The position numbers and the translations under genes are program-made. Shown here in pieces: positions 63,861-64,000 of a stretch of 64,000 nt of DNA (positions are counted from its first letter, which is position 1; each line of letters opens with the position of its first letter). The notes below the pieces were generated by a model. That model was not told where the DNA came from. It ran no database searches and saw only the letters and a program-made list of their open reading frames with translations. Origin of the DNA: Phoronis australis (Eukaryota > Animalia > Phoronida). The stretch spans positions 138,158-202,157 of the forward strand of contig NMRA01000417.1 of assembly GCA_002633005.1 (NCBI GenBank). The letters run 5' to 3'.

Positions 63861-64000
63861 TCAGTCAATGCTCTTGACTGTTGTTTCTAGTGAGAGTAAA
63901 CGGGGAGTGGTCAGTCAGTTTTCTGGATTATTATCACTATTTACAATGAAGGGGGAGTGGTCATGTTCAGGTGTTGGGACAGTTGTTACAGTTGCCAGCT

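Overview
AT-rich eukaryotic genomic DNA, most likely from an invertebrate bilaterian; the species cannot be fixed from the sequence. There are two assembly gaps (2480-2569, 27713-28503). The window appears to hold the 5' part of one large + strand gene, an ARHGEF11/ARHGEF12 (PDZ-RhoGEF/LARG/RhoGEF2-type) homologue. Six GT-AG exons between 46773 and 62702 splice in phase into a PDZ domain very similar to that of LARG, followed by the coiled-coil segment. Three further phase-compatible upstream exons are proposed at 641-657, 26771-26857 and 44677-44753. The large introns are filled with nested transposons. These include eight copies or fragments of a non-autonomous Helentron (HINE/DINE-1-like) family whose ~150-bp internal repeats each carry a CTCF-like motif, two Penelope-like insertions with minimal hammerhead ribozymes, a decayed mariner, and a Gmr1-order Gypsy LTR element. 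There are also MITE-like elements with AT, TA, TTAA, 6-, 8- and 9-bp target duplications, three of which carry THAP-like remnants. A Cys-rich 165-aa antisense ORF may be a nested gene. All calls are by eye; no searches or alignments were run.
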